From: Ascidiella aspersa
Taxonomy: Eukaryota
Length of the DNA: 64,000 nt
Assembly (NCBI GenBank): GCA_963924565.1
Contig: OZ004607.1
Location: 30,752,001-30,816,000, forward strand
Direction: 5' to 3'
In this document: in pieces, positions 1-13,618 of the stretch
How positions within the stretch are numbered: the stretch's first letter is position 1
Layout: the number at the start of each line of letters is the position of its first letter
Made by a program: the position numbers and the translations under genes
Notes under the pieces: generated by a model
What the model was told of the DNA's origin: nothing
Seen by the model: the letters and a program-made list of their open reading frames with translations, nothing else
Database searches by the model: none

Positions 1-1
1 T

Positions 2-3000
2 GAAGAAATTCCGGGAAGACTTAATATGATTAGATACACAAATTTCAAATCAAATTATGACTGGCAATATCTAAGCACCTTGTCCAAAGAGGATCTTATT
101 TACAGGTAAAATTTTTTTATAAAGTTACCATTGCAATTTATGAAACAAACAATCTTTTATAATAAGTCACCTTGTTTTTCATTCCATGTTAACCTAAATT
201 GTATAGAAAACAGCTTGTGTGAAATTTAAAATAAAGATTTTTCTACTAAAATTTCGCCTTAGCTTAAAGTGTCAAGCGTGATACAATAGAAAAAATTACA
301 AACTCTGCTTAATATTTGCTTCTACAAGCTCTGCTTAATCCTTGTTTAAGTGATTTGTCAATGAATACAGGCTCATTTTAACATGTTTATGGTTCTCTCT
401 TTTTAGACTAAGCAGAATTCAGCGAAAGCTGGATCATTTTCAAGAAATTTGTGACCCCAAAAACGTCGATGGACGTGACAAGGTTAAAAGTTGTGTGCTG
501 ATTTTAACTTTTTTTGATTGGATCTATTAAAGAAAACCACATTTTTAACAAAAACTTAGTCATTCCCACCACATTTACGAAAAAACAATCACAAAATTTT
601 AAGTTATTGTAGTAATTTTAATTGTTAGATTTGTTTAAGCTTCTATGTAGTTTAATAAAATTGTAGTTGATTACGTATTATAAAAATATTTTTGTTTAAC
701 ATAGATCAGAGTGCCCCATCCTGATTTATCTCAACACTGGGAAGAAGCCACAGGCACAAGAAGAGTTGCTTTTAAGATCACATACATTGGCTGGCAGTAT
801 TTGTCATATGCCTGGAGTGGTACTTCAATTACAAATTGTAAATTCCTTATGAGAAGCAATATATATTCTCCTATCATTAAGTTTTTCTATTAGTTTTAGT
901 ACTGATTGTAATTTTATGTGTGTAGTGTTTGTATTTTTAGGACTAGGTAATGCAGTTTTGTTAACTACCTAATATTGTTGTTTTTTCGGTAGCTGCCCAA
1001 CATACAAATGTGGTGGAGCGGGTTTTACTTGAGGCATTGTTTCGCCAACGGCTTCTTCACAGCACAAACAACATCAATTTGGATAGGTCTGGTAGAACAG
1101 ATAGGGAAGTCAGTGCAGTTTCCCAGACAGTTTCTGTTCCTGTAAGGAGCAGATTGGATTATGGGTTGGTATTTTATTCTGGTGTTTACATCCTGTTTTC
1201 AACAATTTTGTGTAAAAAACAATTTTTTATGTAAGTTCTAGTAATTAAATTGACTATTTGTTTGTTTTAAGATGTTATAATTTCTATAGGCCCAATAAAG
1301 TTTATATTTATGTGTAGTCTGAATAAGGTTGAGTTTTAATTGCAGGTTTGGTGTTACAAGAAAACTGAAGCCTGGCGAAGCAACAAATGGGATTGTTTTC
1401 GGCAAAAGAGTATACCTCGAAGAGGGGATTTCGTAAGTCTTTCTGTAAATTGATTGTGAACATTTTCAACAGAAATTGAAATCAATAAGAAATTCTACAT
1501 TTTATGCAAGTAGTCTTATCTGTGTGTTTTAACTACAGAACTGCTTAAAAGCCATGGTTCTCAGCATGTGGTACATTTATAAAATAAGGTACACAGCACA
1601 ATGTAGGCCACGTAGAGGTAAAACAGCTTCCTGTATCATTATTAGATATTCCTTATTAAACTTTGCCTGTGTCCAGAAATTCCGACACCTCCTTGGATGA
1701 AGGTGAGCTCCCATATGTTCAGCTTCTAAACCAGGCCCTGCCCCTCGATATCAGAGTGCTGGCATGGGCGCCCGTGAGAAGCAAGTTTTCCAGTCGATAC
1801 TTATGCAGGTTTGTACACTGCTTTTTGATATCAAAGGCTTGTTAGTACGGATTTTGAGTGGCGCATTTGATTGCCGTCACAACTATAGGTCAGGTCGCCG
1901 TGTTTTTCCTGAACAATTAAATGTGTCGAGTGGAAGCCTCAATTTCATTGTTTTTGGATATATGAATAATCACCTTTAGTTTGCATTTGGGACTTGTTGG
2001 TACAATGGGCGTTGCAGTAGTTCTAAGCGTTTGCTTCAATTTATGAGAAAGAAAAGTTATAGAGATGCTTATTGTCGTTTTTTTTATAGTTACGTTAAGC
2101 AGCCATAAGACCGAAATTAGAACAGAATTAACGTCGGAATACAACACAGTTTGGAATAAGATCAAATTGGGACTAATACTTAATATTCTAATTCGGTTTA
2201 AGTCCTACACCTGCCGGAATAAGACTTTAATGGCCAGAATAGATATACAATCATTCACGTAATTCCAAACCCCATCACTAATTTCATCACTTAACTTTCC
2301 TAACAGTTTCAACCCGAAACTACTTTAATTTTCCAGCGAAATTATCTTTTACAGTTTCGACAAATCCCTAAACTATTTAAAGTAAAAATAACCAAACTTA
2401 TATATCTACATATCATACTCAAAATTTTCCACTCATAAACCAATTGATTGTCTTCCGTTACCAACTCGGGCCAAATATGTGCTGGAAACTTTCTGATTTT
2501 TAGCAATTGTACTTAAACAAGCTTGTTTTGCGACACGCAGGTCAAGGACATACCGCTACGTGTTTATGCGCGGGTCGTTAGACGTCGATCTGATGCACTC
2601 GGCAGCCCAGCAGCTTGTTGGAAAGCACGACTTCAGGAACTTCTGCTCCAAAACCGGTGAACTGAACATTTGTTTATTCACGTTTTGTCCACCTCTTTCA
2701 AACCAAACTGAGCTTTTGTGTTCCCTTCTTCTGAAAACATCTTTGCCGATGTCTTGCGACACATTTTTTGAGTATCGTATACATTTTTTTACTCTCTGCT
2801 ACAAATATTAACCTTGTGCTCAGTTTATTCAACAAACTTCTTGTAAATATCTTAAGCCTGAGGAATTCCGGTAAACACTTCGATTGACACCTTAATCACC
2901 AGTTTTGAGTTATTTTTTGTGATTTTGAAGAAACAAAGCGAAACCTATCTTACTTTAAATTTTCCTTTTTTTATCATGTCGCATTTAATTATTAATTTGG

Positions 3001-6000
3001 TGTTTCGAAAATGTCATAATTGTCGCGTATATGCAGAAATGTTAATGCCAACTCCCTAATGGTTTTCATCGTGCCTGACGTTTACTGCTGGCCATCGCTT
3101 AATAAGCAGGTTTACCGCCCAAAATTAACACAATAGGCGCATAAATTCTCGTTTTTTTAAGTCAAATGTGTAAACATACTGATACTTATGCTGTCAACAA
3201 CGTTTGCAGAGCAAAACGCTTTCAAACACTTCGAGAGAACAATTATTTCAGTGGACGTCGCCAAGATCACGGCATCCTTGACTCGCAGCGCAAACGACCA
3301 CTTCGCGATAACCATGAAGGGCGCGAGCTTTCTTAACAAACAGGTAAGGCAGAATTCGCCGTTGTTACGATTGTTGTTTTGGTTCAGTTCAACACTGCCG
3401 ACGACTACAAACACGAATGTTATATAGCAGTTTGTTTGTTTAAATTTCTGAAACAGTTTATTGAAATGTCCGAAACGTTATCCAATGTTTTGTACTATTT
3501 TGTCCGCCACCTCTTAATCCTGTTGTAATTTAGTGTATAAATAATTTTGTCATTGTTTGTTTATCGTATTTTTGTAAAGATGTTAATTCCCATCTATGAT
3601 TTTTGTTGTAATTTTTCTAAGAAATTATCGAGTAACTGATTTTTATTTTATTGAAAAACAATTTTGCAACCCGTTTCTTTGGTGAGATACTACTATTTTG
3701 TTAAGTTTGGCAGTTTTGGGTTAAAAAATGTTAGTATTTTTTCAGGGTAAAACTAGACCATCTTGCTTCATTTTATTTTATTCGTGGAAAACATTTTAAC
3801 TACTAAGTGCATTTTTACTGTTTTAAAAGTTATAAATTCGCTGCATCGTACCATTTTACTAGGAAAAACGATCTATTTAAAGTTTCTTGAGATAAAACGG
3901 CGTCTCTCACCCTTTTCGCACTCAGGTGCGCCACATGGTGTCCGTCCTCTTCTCGATCGGGATGGGTGAGGTCGGGCCGGAGATAATCGCTCGGTTGCTG
4001 GACGTGAAGCGCACAACTCGCAAGCCGCAGATCAGTACTGCCGTGCCTATACCACTGCTTAAGACTGACGCCGATTTCAGCGACGAAGATGTCCACTGGC
4101 GCTGGGATCAGGATGCCCTCGTCAACACAGCCAGTCTGCTGGCGAGGCAGTGCTCTGAAAGCGCAGCCAAAACCGACGCGCTTGAATATATGCTGTCTGA
4201 GGTGAGCAACGTCTAGCACAGTGGTTCTTAAACTGGGGTACATGGACCCCTAGTGGGTTCGTAAACTAATTTTAGGGGTCCATGAAGACCAAATTGACAT
4301 ATTAGTGTATATTTATGAACCAAATACATCAACTAGATATATTTTGGTAGAAATTTCATTTTGTAGGGAGTTTAAGTCAACACAACGTTCGACTTTTTAC
4401 ACCAAGAAGCGGTGAAATATTACACGGTGCCATGATGCCGAAAGCACAGCCGCGCCATAATGTAAAAACACCGTAAAAGAAGAATATACGCGCGTAGCGC
4501 GAAAAAAATGCGTTTACATAGTTAAAGTTCGCCAAAAAATAGTTTGACAGGCACTTTTAGGACTACATTTGCCATGGGGGCCTGAACCACGCTGAGACAA
4601 TATAAAAATTACGAATTTTAAAATACAGTGCAATGAGTGTACGTACGCGTACGGCTATTTCGCGGCCTACGAATACATGATAAAACTAAACTACTAAAAA
4701 TAGCTCTGCGGCCCAAATTTGGGCCGTGGCTCACAGTTCGCCGACCACTGCCACAGACAATATCCGTATGTTAGGTTTTTGTTGAAGAATAGTTAATTAG
4801 TTGTCTCAGGGTAGGCTTTAGTTTATTGAAAGGGATTGGCTCTTTTGTTGCTAAAGGTTGCCTACCCGTGGTTTAGAGCAGTGTTTTTTTATCTGGGTTT
4901 ATTGTACACCCAGGTGTACTGAAGTTGTTAAATGGTGTACCACATTGATTGGGTGTACGGGGTGTACAAGATACCGCATGACAAAAAGCCTATGGTCAGG
5001 TCTCCTAATAAATAAAAGGGTTTATTACCAGACTGACTGGGGTCTACAATACATGTCACAAAGGTATTTATGCGTAGGTAGTTTGTAAGATACTATATTA
5101 CTGGGGTGGTCAAATGATTTCTGCCATGATCCACCACCGCCAAACCTGACAACATGATGATTCACCAAATACAAATAGTAAACATATTGGACACACTTAA
5201 AGGTACCCTACAACATATTGATTACTTTGTAAAAGTCAAAAGTGAAGTGTGCTACAGTACCAAGATTGTTTCAGTGAGAAAAATGATGAGTTGGTTAAGA
5301 CCAGGGGTCGGCAACCTTTTTCCAGTCGCGGACCAACACCAAAATCAGAAAGGTCATTGTGGGCCGCACAAAATGTTAACTCAGAATTGTGTTATTAAAA
5401 TGTTAGAACAACTTTTAATCAGGCGGAACTCGGATCTTTTTTCTCTCTTAAAAATGATAATTACATTTAAGGAGGCAGTAAAGTGTTGGCACAAAGCAAG
5501 AGAAAAGACGTTGTTTGGTTTAAAATTCGAGCCCAAACTTCGTCATCCATAATGAAAAGTGTAAAAAAAAATTCCTTGAAGCAACGCGATAACTTTAATA
5601 GTTAATCTTTGTTTAGTACTTGTTAAACTGTAAATTATAGGGCGCAGGTGGCGAGCGAAGCGAGCGCGATTTTTTTAGGTATACCGGCATTTCTTTTAAA
5701 TTTCTTGCAAGTTTTTATTACATTGCCGAAAATACAAAATGTTAAAAAAGATATGTATAATATTTTGCGTTTTCCATTAACGGTAACGAAGCGCTGATCT
5801 AGTTCAAAAGACCGCATCAAAACGTAAACAAGCCGGACGTAGAAAGATGATTCGCGCGAAGCGGAGAAATTTTTCAAACTTATGTAGTTAAACTAGTTAA
5901 AAAGTATTTGATATGGACGTATCTAGTTTGTCAAAGAGGCGGCGGGCCGAATGAATTACATTAGCGGGGCGCATCCAGCCGGGGGTCTTTAGGTTGCCGA

Positions 6001-6679
6001 CCCATGTTTCTGTCGCTGACTGATATCCTCAAACGCTCACATAGATTAGCATTTGGGAGTCTCGTTCTATGCTTGATTTTTTACAAAATTTATCAACACT
6101 GACAATTGGTATTCACATGAAAACACTGTAGAAAGTTTATTTTTTCAAGACCACAATAGAAGATCCGTACAAAACGCTGAAAAGATCCGGAACCGGATCG
6201 CGATCCGCCATTTGAACATGGCCGCTATATTCTATTTTTGTGAGGTGCTAACTATTTCTTCATAACGTTTAAATAGTTATTTTTGCAGTATATCAGGGTG
6301 TATGCTTCTATAAGTTTAGTGCACTCCCTGGACTGGGATGTACAAATTTTTCAGTAAACGTAAAAGGGTGTACTGTTCCCAAAAAGGTTGACAAACACTG
6401 GTTAAGAGCCACAGTTTTACATCGTATTTTACGCAGATTCACGGCCGCATCGAAGACCAAGGCGTTCGCGGCGACATCGACGCCGAGCTGTCGATGGCCT
6501 GCATGCCGAACGTCACCCAGAACATCCTGGCGGAAGATCCAAACGCAAAAACGGTGGAAGAGAAGCGCGAAGACCTGAGGAAGCGCGAGGTTTCACGCCT
6601 CACGAGGAAGGGCAGCTTCACAAGGGCTGCGCAGATTGTCAACGACATCGAAGCCGACCAACACGCAGAAAACTCGTGA
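2..6679 (+). CDS. PUS3: tRNA pseudouridine(38/39) synthase-like (PUS3/TruA family), divergent; possibly 5' partial
   Basis: Exons joined in frame over GT-AG introns: <2-105, 407-482, 705-837, 993-1164, 1346-1432, 1677-1808, 2541-2656, 3210-3343, 3926-4201, 6437-6679 (TGA). Motifs: LSKEDLI, RRVAFKITYIGW, GRTDREVSA (catalytic Asp), LPLDIRVLAWAPV, RTYRY, HDFRNFC, SFLNKQVRHMV. First ATG is at 26, but the frame is open to the window edge. Confidence 0.88.
4219..4750. mobile_element. Composite hAT-type MITE fragments
   Basis: Starts CAGTGGTTCTTAAACT and ends AGTTCGCCGACCACTG. 4412-4750 resembles 59826-60179. Flanks do not match, so probably two elements. Confidence 0.6.
4879..6400. mobile_element. 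hAT-type MITE with a nested element (about 5302-6006)
   Basis: Ends CAGTGTTT...AAACACTG, near-identical 8-bp TSD GTTTAGAG/GTTAAGAG. Inner element CAGGGGTCGGCAACCT...AGGTTGCCGACCCATG. Confidence 0.7.
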
Positions 6680-8489
6680 CTCTTGCCCGCCTTTGAGAGG
6701 TGTCGAACTTTGACCCGATTCTAAAGAGTGAATGGGCATGAGGGAGTCGATCTGCGGGAAATGGCTGACTTGAAGATTTTCAGATCGTTTTTATGCATGG
6801 CATCCGCTGAAAACGACATAAATACTATTGCTGGAAAACTTAGGGTTAAAGCTCGTCAAATAAAGAATACCAAACGAGAATATTTTTACCAAGTGCTTAG
6901 TTTGGTGTTGTAAAGTCCACAGATGACTTGGCCTGGAACTTGACTATGTATGAAGTCACAGTCAAGTTCCGGGCCAAGTCATCTGTGGCCCAAGTCAAGC
7001 CATTGTCATAAAAAATGTTAAACTATTAAAAGTGGTAAACTTGTCCTATTCTTGGCAGCAGCCTAAACAAAAGTATCAAAAAGTAAAGTAAATAAGGTAA
7101 TTTTATGAAATAATGTTTGGTGATATATACCAAAGTCATCTGACTCCATCACTCAAGTCAAGTCCAGTAATTTTGCTCAAAACATAGAAAAGTCTAGTCA
7201 ATACAAACCTGATTCCAGGGTATTAGTTTGGAGGGCACGTTTCATTTAACTGCGATTGTTTTACGTTATCAGCTATATCTTCTGGAAAACCATGACCGCT
7301 GACAAAAATATAGGTTTACTAGATCAGTTGTTTGATTAAGGCTATGCTACTGCTTTTATTAGGCTGGGAAACACTTTTAGCCTACATCAGGAACTGGTAT
7401 AAGTCTTGAAAACAAACATTTTTCGTGACGCAATCTAGTCTAACTAGTTACAAAACATGCACAATATTCCACGTCGGAGTACTGTGACAGTAATTGTAAA
7501 CAATTTGCGAATCCTAAACATAATGCTTTTCTGACTCCAGTCTGCTTCGCGTTGACCACACTTAGAATTACTGTACATTTGTTGGCATGTATTTAAACTT
7601 TACAGCGACATGTCGGTGCTACGAAACACATATCGATATGCAAGGTCAAAATCTTCCTGTTTAAAATTGTAGGATTTACAGTAATAATCAAGTGGCTATG
7701 ACTTCATCATTGCTTATGGTAGCAATAATAATCAATACTAAAATTAAAAATGGCGGTGAAATCTACGTCCAGTTGGTGTAAGCCTCGTCAATAGACTCGT
7801 GTTCACCATATTTGTTAAATGTTAATTATTCCATTACATAATAAGTAGTTAATGCATAAAAAAACGAAAAACCACGGACTGCAAGCATGTCATTTGTCAA
7901 TTCAGTACAAAATTTAGAGACGAAGTTAACGTTGGTAGTTTTCCTCTTTAAAATAGTTTGAGTTCTTTGGCGCTGGTCTAGATCTAGAATAGTAACGAAA
8001 CGAGTTGTCAAAATTCAAATTGCAATAAATAAATAAATATTTGAGAACAAATATAATAATAATACTTATTAACCCACTCAAACTCGCACCATAACCAGAA
8101 TAATGTTAGCAATATAAACCCTGGGGACGAAATCTGGATTCTAGACAGCGATCCAGCGCAGACTTTCTTTAGTTATTAAATTGACTTAATTTCTTTAAGT
8201 TTTGAGTAAGAGTATAGCCATACTGACATTAACATTTTATAGCACTTTTCGCTAAGATTTATGGTCTGCAGTGCCAAATTGTGTAATTCGCCCCCTGTGG
8301 AAATGATGGCAAGCCCCCTGCAAGCTATTTTTCAACCTTATTTTCAACCCTTAAAAGCTGTGCACCCCGAAGAAAATCTAAACTGTTCCAAAACTGGAAA
8401 TATGTAACATACATTTACAGAAAATTACAAAGTGCACTTTTTTGATCTTTGTTGCACCCAGTCACCCGGATTTTTAGACTGGGTTAGAC

Positions 8490-8909
8490 CAATGTTTCTT
8501 AAACAGGTGAATGGTTCACCCTAGGGTGAATACAATTTTTGTAGGGGTGAATAAGGGTGAACCGTTAGAAATGGATGACGGCTCTGCAGTAAATCGACTA
8601 CTGAACTGTTGTTTTTTGGTGTTTTTTTGCTTATTGTAATAGTGAAGTCGGTTTGCACTGAGCGTATAAGTAGTAAAATCTGGTGACTGTGTTTTTTTTG
8701 TAGCTTTATATCCCTGGACTAGAAAAATTGTAGATTTGCAAAGGTAAAACGTAGCTTGAGTTCATCTTAACAAAAATCTAAACAACCTAAGTCACGTTGT
8801 GCTGTTATATATAGATGAGATAGTTTTGTCATATCCTTAGACAAGGGTGAATGAAGTCTGGAGATAGATTCTAGGGGTGAACAAAACTAAAAAAGTTTAA
8901 GAATCACTG
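8490..8909. mobile_element. hAT-type MITE
   Basis: TIRs CAATGTTTCTTAAAC / GTTTAAGAATCACTG, perfect 8-bp TSD GGTTAGAC, subterminal GGGTGAA repeats. Confidence 0.85.
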
Positions 8910-9102
8910 GGTTAGACTATAGAAAACAGTTTTAGGTTTAAAGGATATCAGGAAATGTGATAAAATAAATTTAATTCCCCTGTTATGTTTATTTTGTTAA
9001 TTGAATGTTAATTCATATGCCAATTGAATTTACTATTATTATTTCCTATGATAAAATCCATTTTGTCATACAGGTGGTTCTTATATTTACACATCAAATA
9101 AA

Positions 9103-11250
9103 ATGATTGACTTAGGTAAAAACACAGTGCTTGCTATTGCTGGCGTTTGTGGAACAGCATTTGTTGGATACTGTATTTATTTCGATCGAAAGCGCAGAAG
9201 TGCCCCAGACTTCCGACAGAAACTAAAAGAAAGTTAGTGACACTTTGTTAAATATCTCGTTAGTTTTAAGTTATTATTTTTTATTGTGTAACATTACAAG
9301 AATCATGGATGAAGATTTATTTGTTTAAGATTCATTACAACAATACTATTTAAAATTGTTTTCACAAATGGAACATATTTCAGCATGTTTCAGTCAGTTT
9401 AATATATTTTTTTGTTGTATATAATATTTCAATATTGACATTCTTGAAAATGATCAATGTTGTATTTGTGTGCACTACTTTCATTTTTGTCATCTAAGTA
9501 ACATTCTTTTTAATGTCAGCATTGTTGTAATGCAGAAAGGATGAAATCAAGTATCGGTGGAGCAGCGACCAGTGGATCTACTACTGTGGTGAGTCCTCAA
9601 CACTCAAGAGTACATTATAATGTTTTTTTTTACCATATTGGATGATGACTATATATATGGCTAATCATTATTCATAACCAAATTTGTGTAAAGCTTTTAC
9701 TAAGACTATTCCCCGAAAAAATTGGTCCAAAAAAATTTTTTTTTTAATATTTTTGGAAGATCGATTTTCCAAACTTATGCTTGTTCTACACAAGTTAAAT
9801 TCAATATATTTTCCAAATGCTTTATATGTAGGAACATTATTCACTAAAATTGGCAGGAATATATTTCTTGTGCCATTCAGAAAAAAGTTATGGAAGTACG
9901 AAGCACGTTGTTTAGCAATCATAATAGTCGCCTTCCTGTTAAATAGACAGGTATGACATTCCCATGGGCATATCAATGGTGTATCAGGTCAAGCCTCTCC
10001 ACCATAGGCTTAAACTATATTTTGGGCTGTTTTAATTATGTAAACGCAACAAATTTTCCCGCTTTGCGCGAAATCCGGTCTTAACTTGGATAAAAAATAT
10101 CGTTCAACAAAAAAAATCTCCTAATTGTAAGAATTTTTTTTGCTTTTTGATAAGATTTTGAGCTGCATGTGTGCACATGAGTACACCCCAAAACAGCTTA
10201 TCTATGTTATAGCGTTAGAGTAAGAAAAGCAGACATTTGCGCCCCCAGTCTCAGCTGTACTTCAGCATAACCCATATGTATTTCTTTGTCACAAAAATGC
10301 TCATTCATTTACTTGTTAATAGTCTTGTTTATCGCCTAAACATAGCAAGGTTGATACATTCCTAAAACGAACACATTATTTAAGTTTAGGGGCGCCACCA
10401 AAAACAGAAGAATTTAGCCAAAAAATGCTCGTCACCAGAAGGCTGGCAAGATTCTGCCAGCCTGTGGAATGCATTCAGGTTGTTATGAAGAACTTTATTT
10501 TAACTGGGTAATGTATACCCTTTATTGTTTAAACAGCTTCCCGACTTAAGGGACGTTGAAGCAGTACAAAAGTTTTTCATTGATGAGGTTCAAAAGGGTG
10601 AAGAACTTTTGGGCCGGGGCAGTTTTGATGAGGCTGTGGAACATTTGACCAATGCTGTCGCTGTCTGCGGTCAGCCACAGCAGCTGCTACAAATCCTACA
10701 ACAGACTTTGCCGCAACCTGTTTTTGCAATGCTCCTTGAAAGGCTTCCCTCAATTAGTCAGGTAACTTTATTGAGGGTTGCAAATAATATGTACTCGTAT
10801 GACACTTCCTCTAGGTAACTTTGAATCAGTGCTTTTCGACCTAGTAGCCTAATTTTACTGATTTTATTTCAGACCCATACTAAGGGTTGTTGTAAAATAA
10901 TAAAACCAATTCTAAACCAGTACATATTTTACTCAAAGTCCTACTAGTATGCGGGTATAGGTATAAAGCTGATTTATTTAAAATCACATCAATATGTTTA
11001 AGTAGGTCAAGTAGGTTTTTCAAGCCTAATTGGACTAACTCCCAAGTTTAATTGAAAAAGAAAGTCCACCTAAAAGAGCTTCCAAGCTCAGAGAAGCTCT
11101 GTTTTAAAATATAAAAGAAAGTTTATTCAAATTTTAGGAAGACAAAAAGACATGTTTATCTTACAGAAGGTTGCATCTGCCGGCGCTGCCCAAAAGAAAG
11201 ATGATATATCCACTTCGGCAACAATAACAGATGTGGATGACCTCGAATAA
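9103..11250 (+). CDS. TOMM20: Mitochondrial import receptor TOM20
   Basis: Exons 9103-9232, 9536-9588, 10537-10761, 11167-11250 (TAA). Signature AFVGYCIYFDRKRRSAPDFRQKL, then LPDLRDVEAVQKFFIDEVQKGEELL, AVCGQPQQLLQILQQTLP and C-terminal DDLE. A possible upstream in-frame exon lies at 7750-7777. Confidence 0.96.
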
Positions 11251-11718
11251 CATTGCATCCTTTTTAATTCTGTGTGTTCAAATTTTTGCAACGCTACCCT
11301 GAACTGTGTTGGTGAGGGCACAATATTCCAAGGACACATTTAAATTTCCAAACATGCTGTTAAACAGTTCATATATAGAAGAGATGTGAGTTTATATATC
11401 ATGACCTGGCATTTACTCATTTCAGTAGAATTATGTAGTACCAACACTACCATACTTAAGTACCAATGTGTAAATGAAGATAGAGATGCGTAAATGTTGT
11501 GCATTTTATTTTCTTAATGCTGCATATTTGTCAATAAACATGTAAACAATTGTTTTATATGCAACCAAGCAAAATAATTGAATGAATGCAGAACTTTTGC
11601 AGATAATAAGTTTTGTATACAGACAAGTATTGCAAACGTGATATTAATAAACCTAGTGATCCTATTTTCTAATAACAATATGAGAGGTTGTGCTGTTCAA
11701 CTAATTACTCATTTATTA

Positions 11719-11944
11719 AGGTCCGTTTACACTACAGCTGCACTGTGGGCGTAAAAATCGCTCCAAAACATAAAGTTTTTCTATAGCTGCACTAGGTTTA
11801 AGTTTAGCAAAGCATGAAAATTGCTCCAAAGCGTATTTTTTTCCAGCTGCAAATTTGGGCAAAGTGTGAAAGGCTCGCAACAATATAATTTAAATGCAAA
11901 TTATGCTTTGCTCAGCTCAGAGCAGCTGTGGTGCAAACGGGTCT
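11719..11944. mobile_element. MITE (PIF/Harbinger- or Tc1/mariner-like)
   Basis: Imperfect TIR AGGTCCGTTTACACTACAGCTGC / GCAGCTGTGGTGCAAACGGGTCT, flanked by TA. Confidence 0.65.
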
Positions 11945-12273
11945 TAGAAGTCTTAGTTGCCTAGTCAAAATAAAAACAAAGGTTCACCAACCTTATTAAA
12001 TGATTTATTTTGTTCATAAAACCAGCAGTTGTATTAATAAATACATATTTAAGTGCTGTCTCACATGCTTTGTGGTACCCACTGAAAACTCAGTGTTGTA
12101 TAGAGTGGGACATGCATCTCACATATAAAAACACAGAAGCACAACAACATAAATTAATAAATACTTACAACATGGATAGCAACATGGCAAGTTTTTAGTT
12201 ATCTTTGCCAAAAAAATAAAAAGCACACTTACAAAAAACATTTTGCACTCAAAATGATTGGAACTGTATTTGG

Positions 12274-13618
12274 CTATCTTTGCTTTTTCGACTTTATTGC
12301 CTTTGCAGCAGGTTTTGGCGACTTGAACATATTCGAGACCATTTCAGATAGATCTGGCATATTGCTTTGTCCCGGATTAAACATTTTCATAGACTCTTCC
12401 ATTTCTTTTTTCACCTCTGGATCCGATGTGTTCAACATTTTTGGCAAAACGACCAAAATCAACATCGGAAGGACCATCATTAAAACCTGAAAACGTATTA
12501 TTATGACAAAGAAATTTAATTTCTTGCATGTGTGCACAGTAGATAAAACTTTAATTGTTGGGCGTGAACATTAAGCTATTAAATTTAGGTTAAGAAAAAC
12601 TCTATTATGTCACAACAACAATAATGTTCAAACAAAAGTTTATCGAAAAACACTACCCACCATTGGATTTTTCAGCATGTCAAATATGCTAAACTTTTCC
12701 CTGGCTTGAAAGTATTTTGTCAGGCCAATAGGTTTTGCGTCAATTGGATACTTCAGTAAAGACACAGCGCTAGGCTTGATATTGTTTAATTTTCGGGCTC
12801 GAACATTTCCCTTCCCCGAAATATCGACCCGAATCGGTTCAAAAAAGTACTTTGGTGATACAATGTCAAGGATGTATGAGCCACTGGGAATATTGTGAAC
12901 TGTGAATGTTCCATCAATCCTGAAAATATTACATCACATTATTATAATTATCATCACTTTATTTATTCTTGATTTAAAAATGGTGTAGATTCAACCCTCT
13001 TTCATGAATATTTTGATTATGAAGCATAATCGACGGACATGTAAAGTTTACCTACCTCTGATATATGTCAACATTTGAGAACCACGTGCATAATTCATAT
13101 TGAAAACATTTTTATCTTGAAAACATTTATACATTACTGAGTACCAGATTGGAAACTTTGGATTTTGTGCGTGGGACAAGATTTTGCAGCTTGAATTCGT
13201 ACGGCTGTAATAACGTTATTTGTATAATTTGGTCGGCTAGAAATGAAGTACCATACTGAAAACCTGCGCGGTTGAGTAAATTTTGGCGGCGTCCACATTT
13301 GATGTTGATTTTACATGAAATGCGGGGCTATGACCGCGACCGAGCGGGAAACTAGCCTTACTTTCCATCCTGGACTGAGTATATATAGCAGTAGCAAGTG
13401 AGATTCCCTACTGTAGCAGGTGATAAAATAGAACAGATCACTCTTGACAATTGTTGAAAAATAAAATTATCTTACCTGAGAAAGGCTGTGTATTGAGCAT
13501 CATCGACTAAAACCCTTGTGCTTTGAAGTGATTTGTCATCAGGAATTGAGACACGTCCGTCAATTTTAAAACAGTTTCCAACAACAAAACACACCAGCAG
13601 GCACACTAATAATTTCAT
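12274..13618 (-). CDS. EMC7: ER membrane protein complex subunit 7
   Basis: Exons 13618-13476, 12919-12661, 12486-12274 (TAG). Signal peptide MKLLVCLLVCFVVGNC, then [73 protein letters not shown]. A second in-frame ATG is at 13630. Confidence 0.95.

Noticed and set aside
4858-5877. ORFs of 76-132 aa
   Set aside because: They lie inside nested MITEs and show no transposase or other recognisable motifs.
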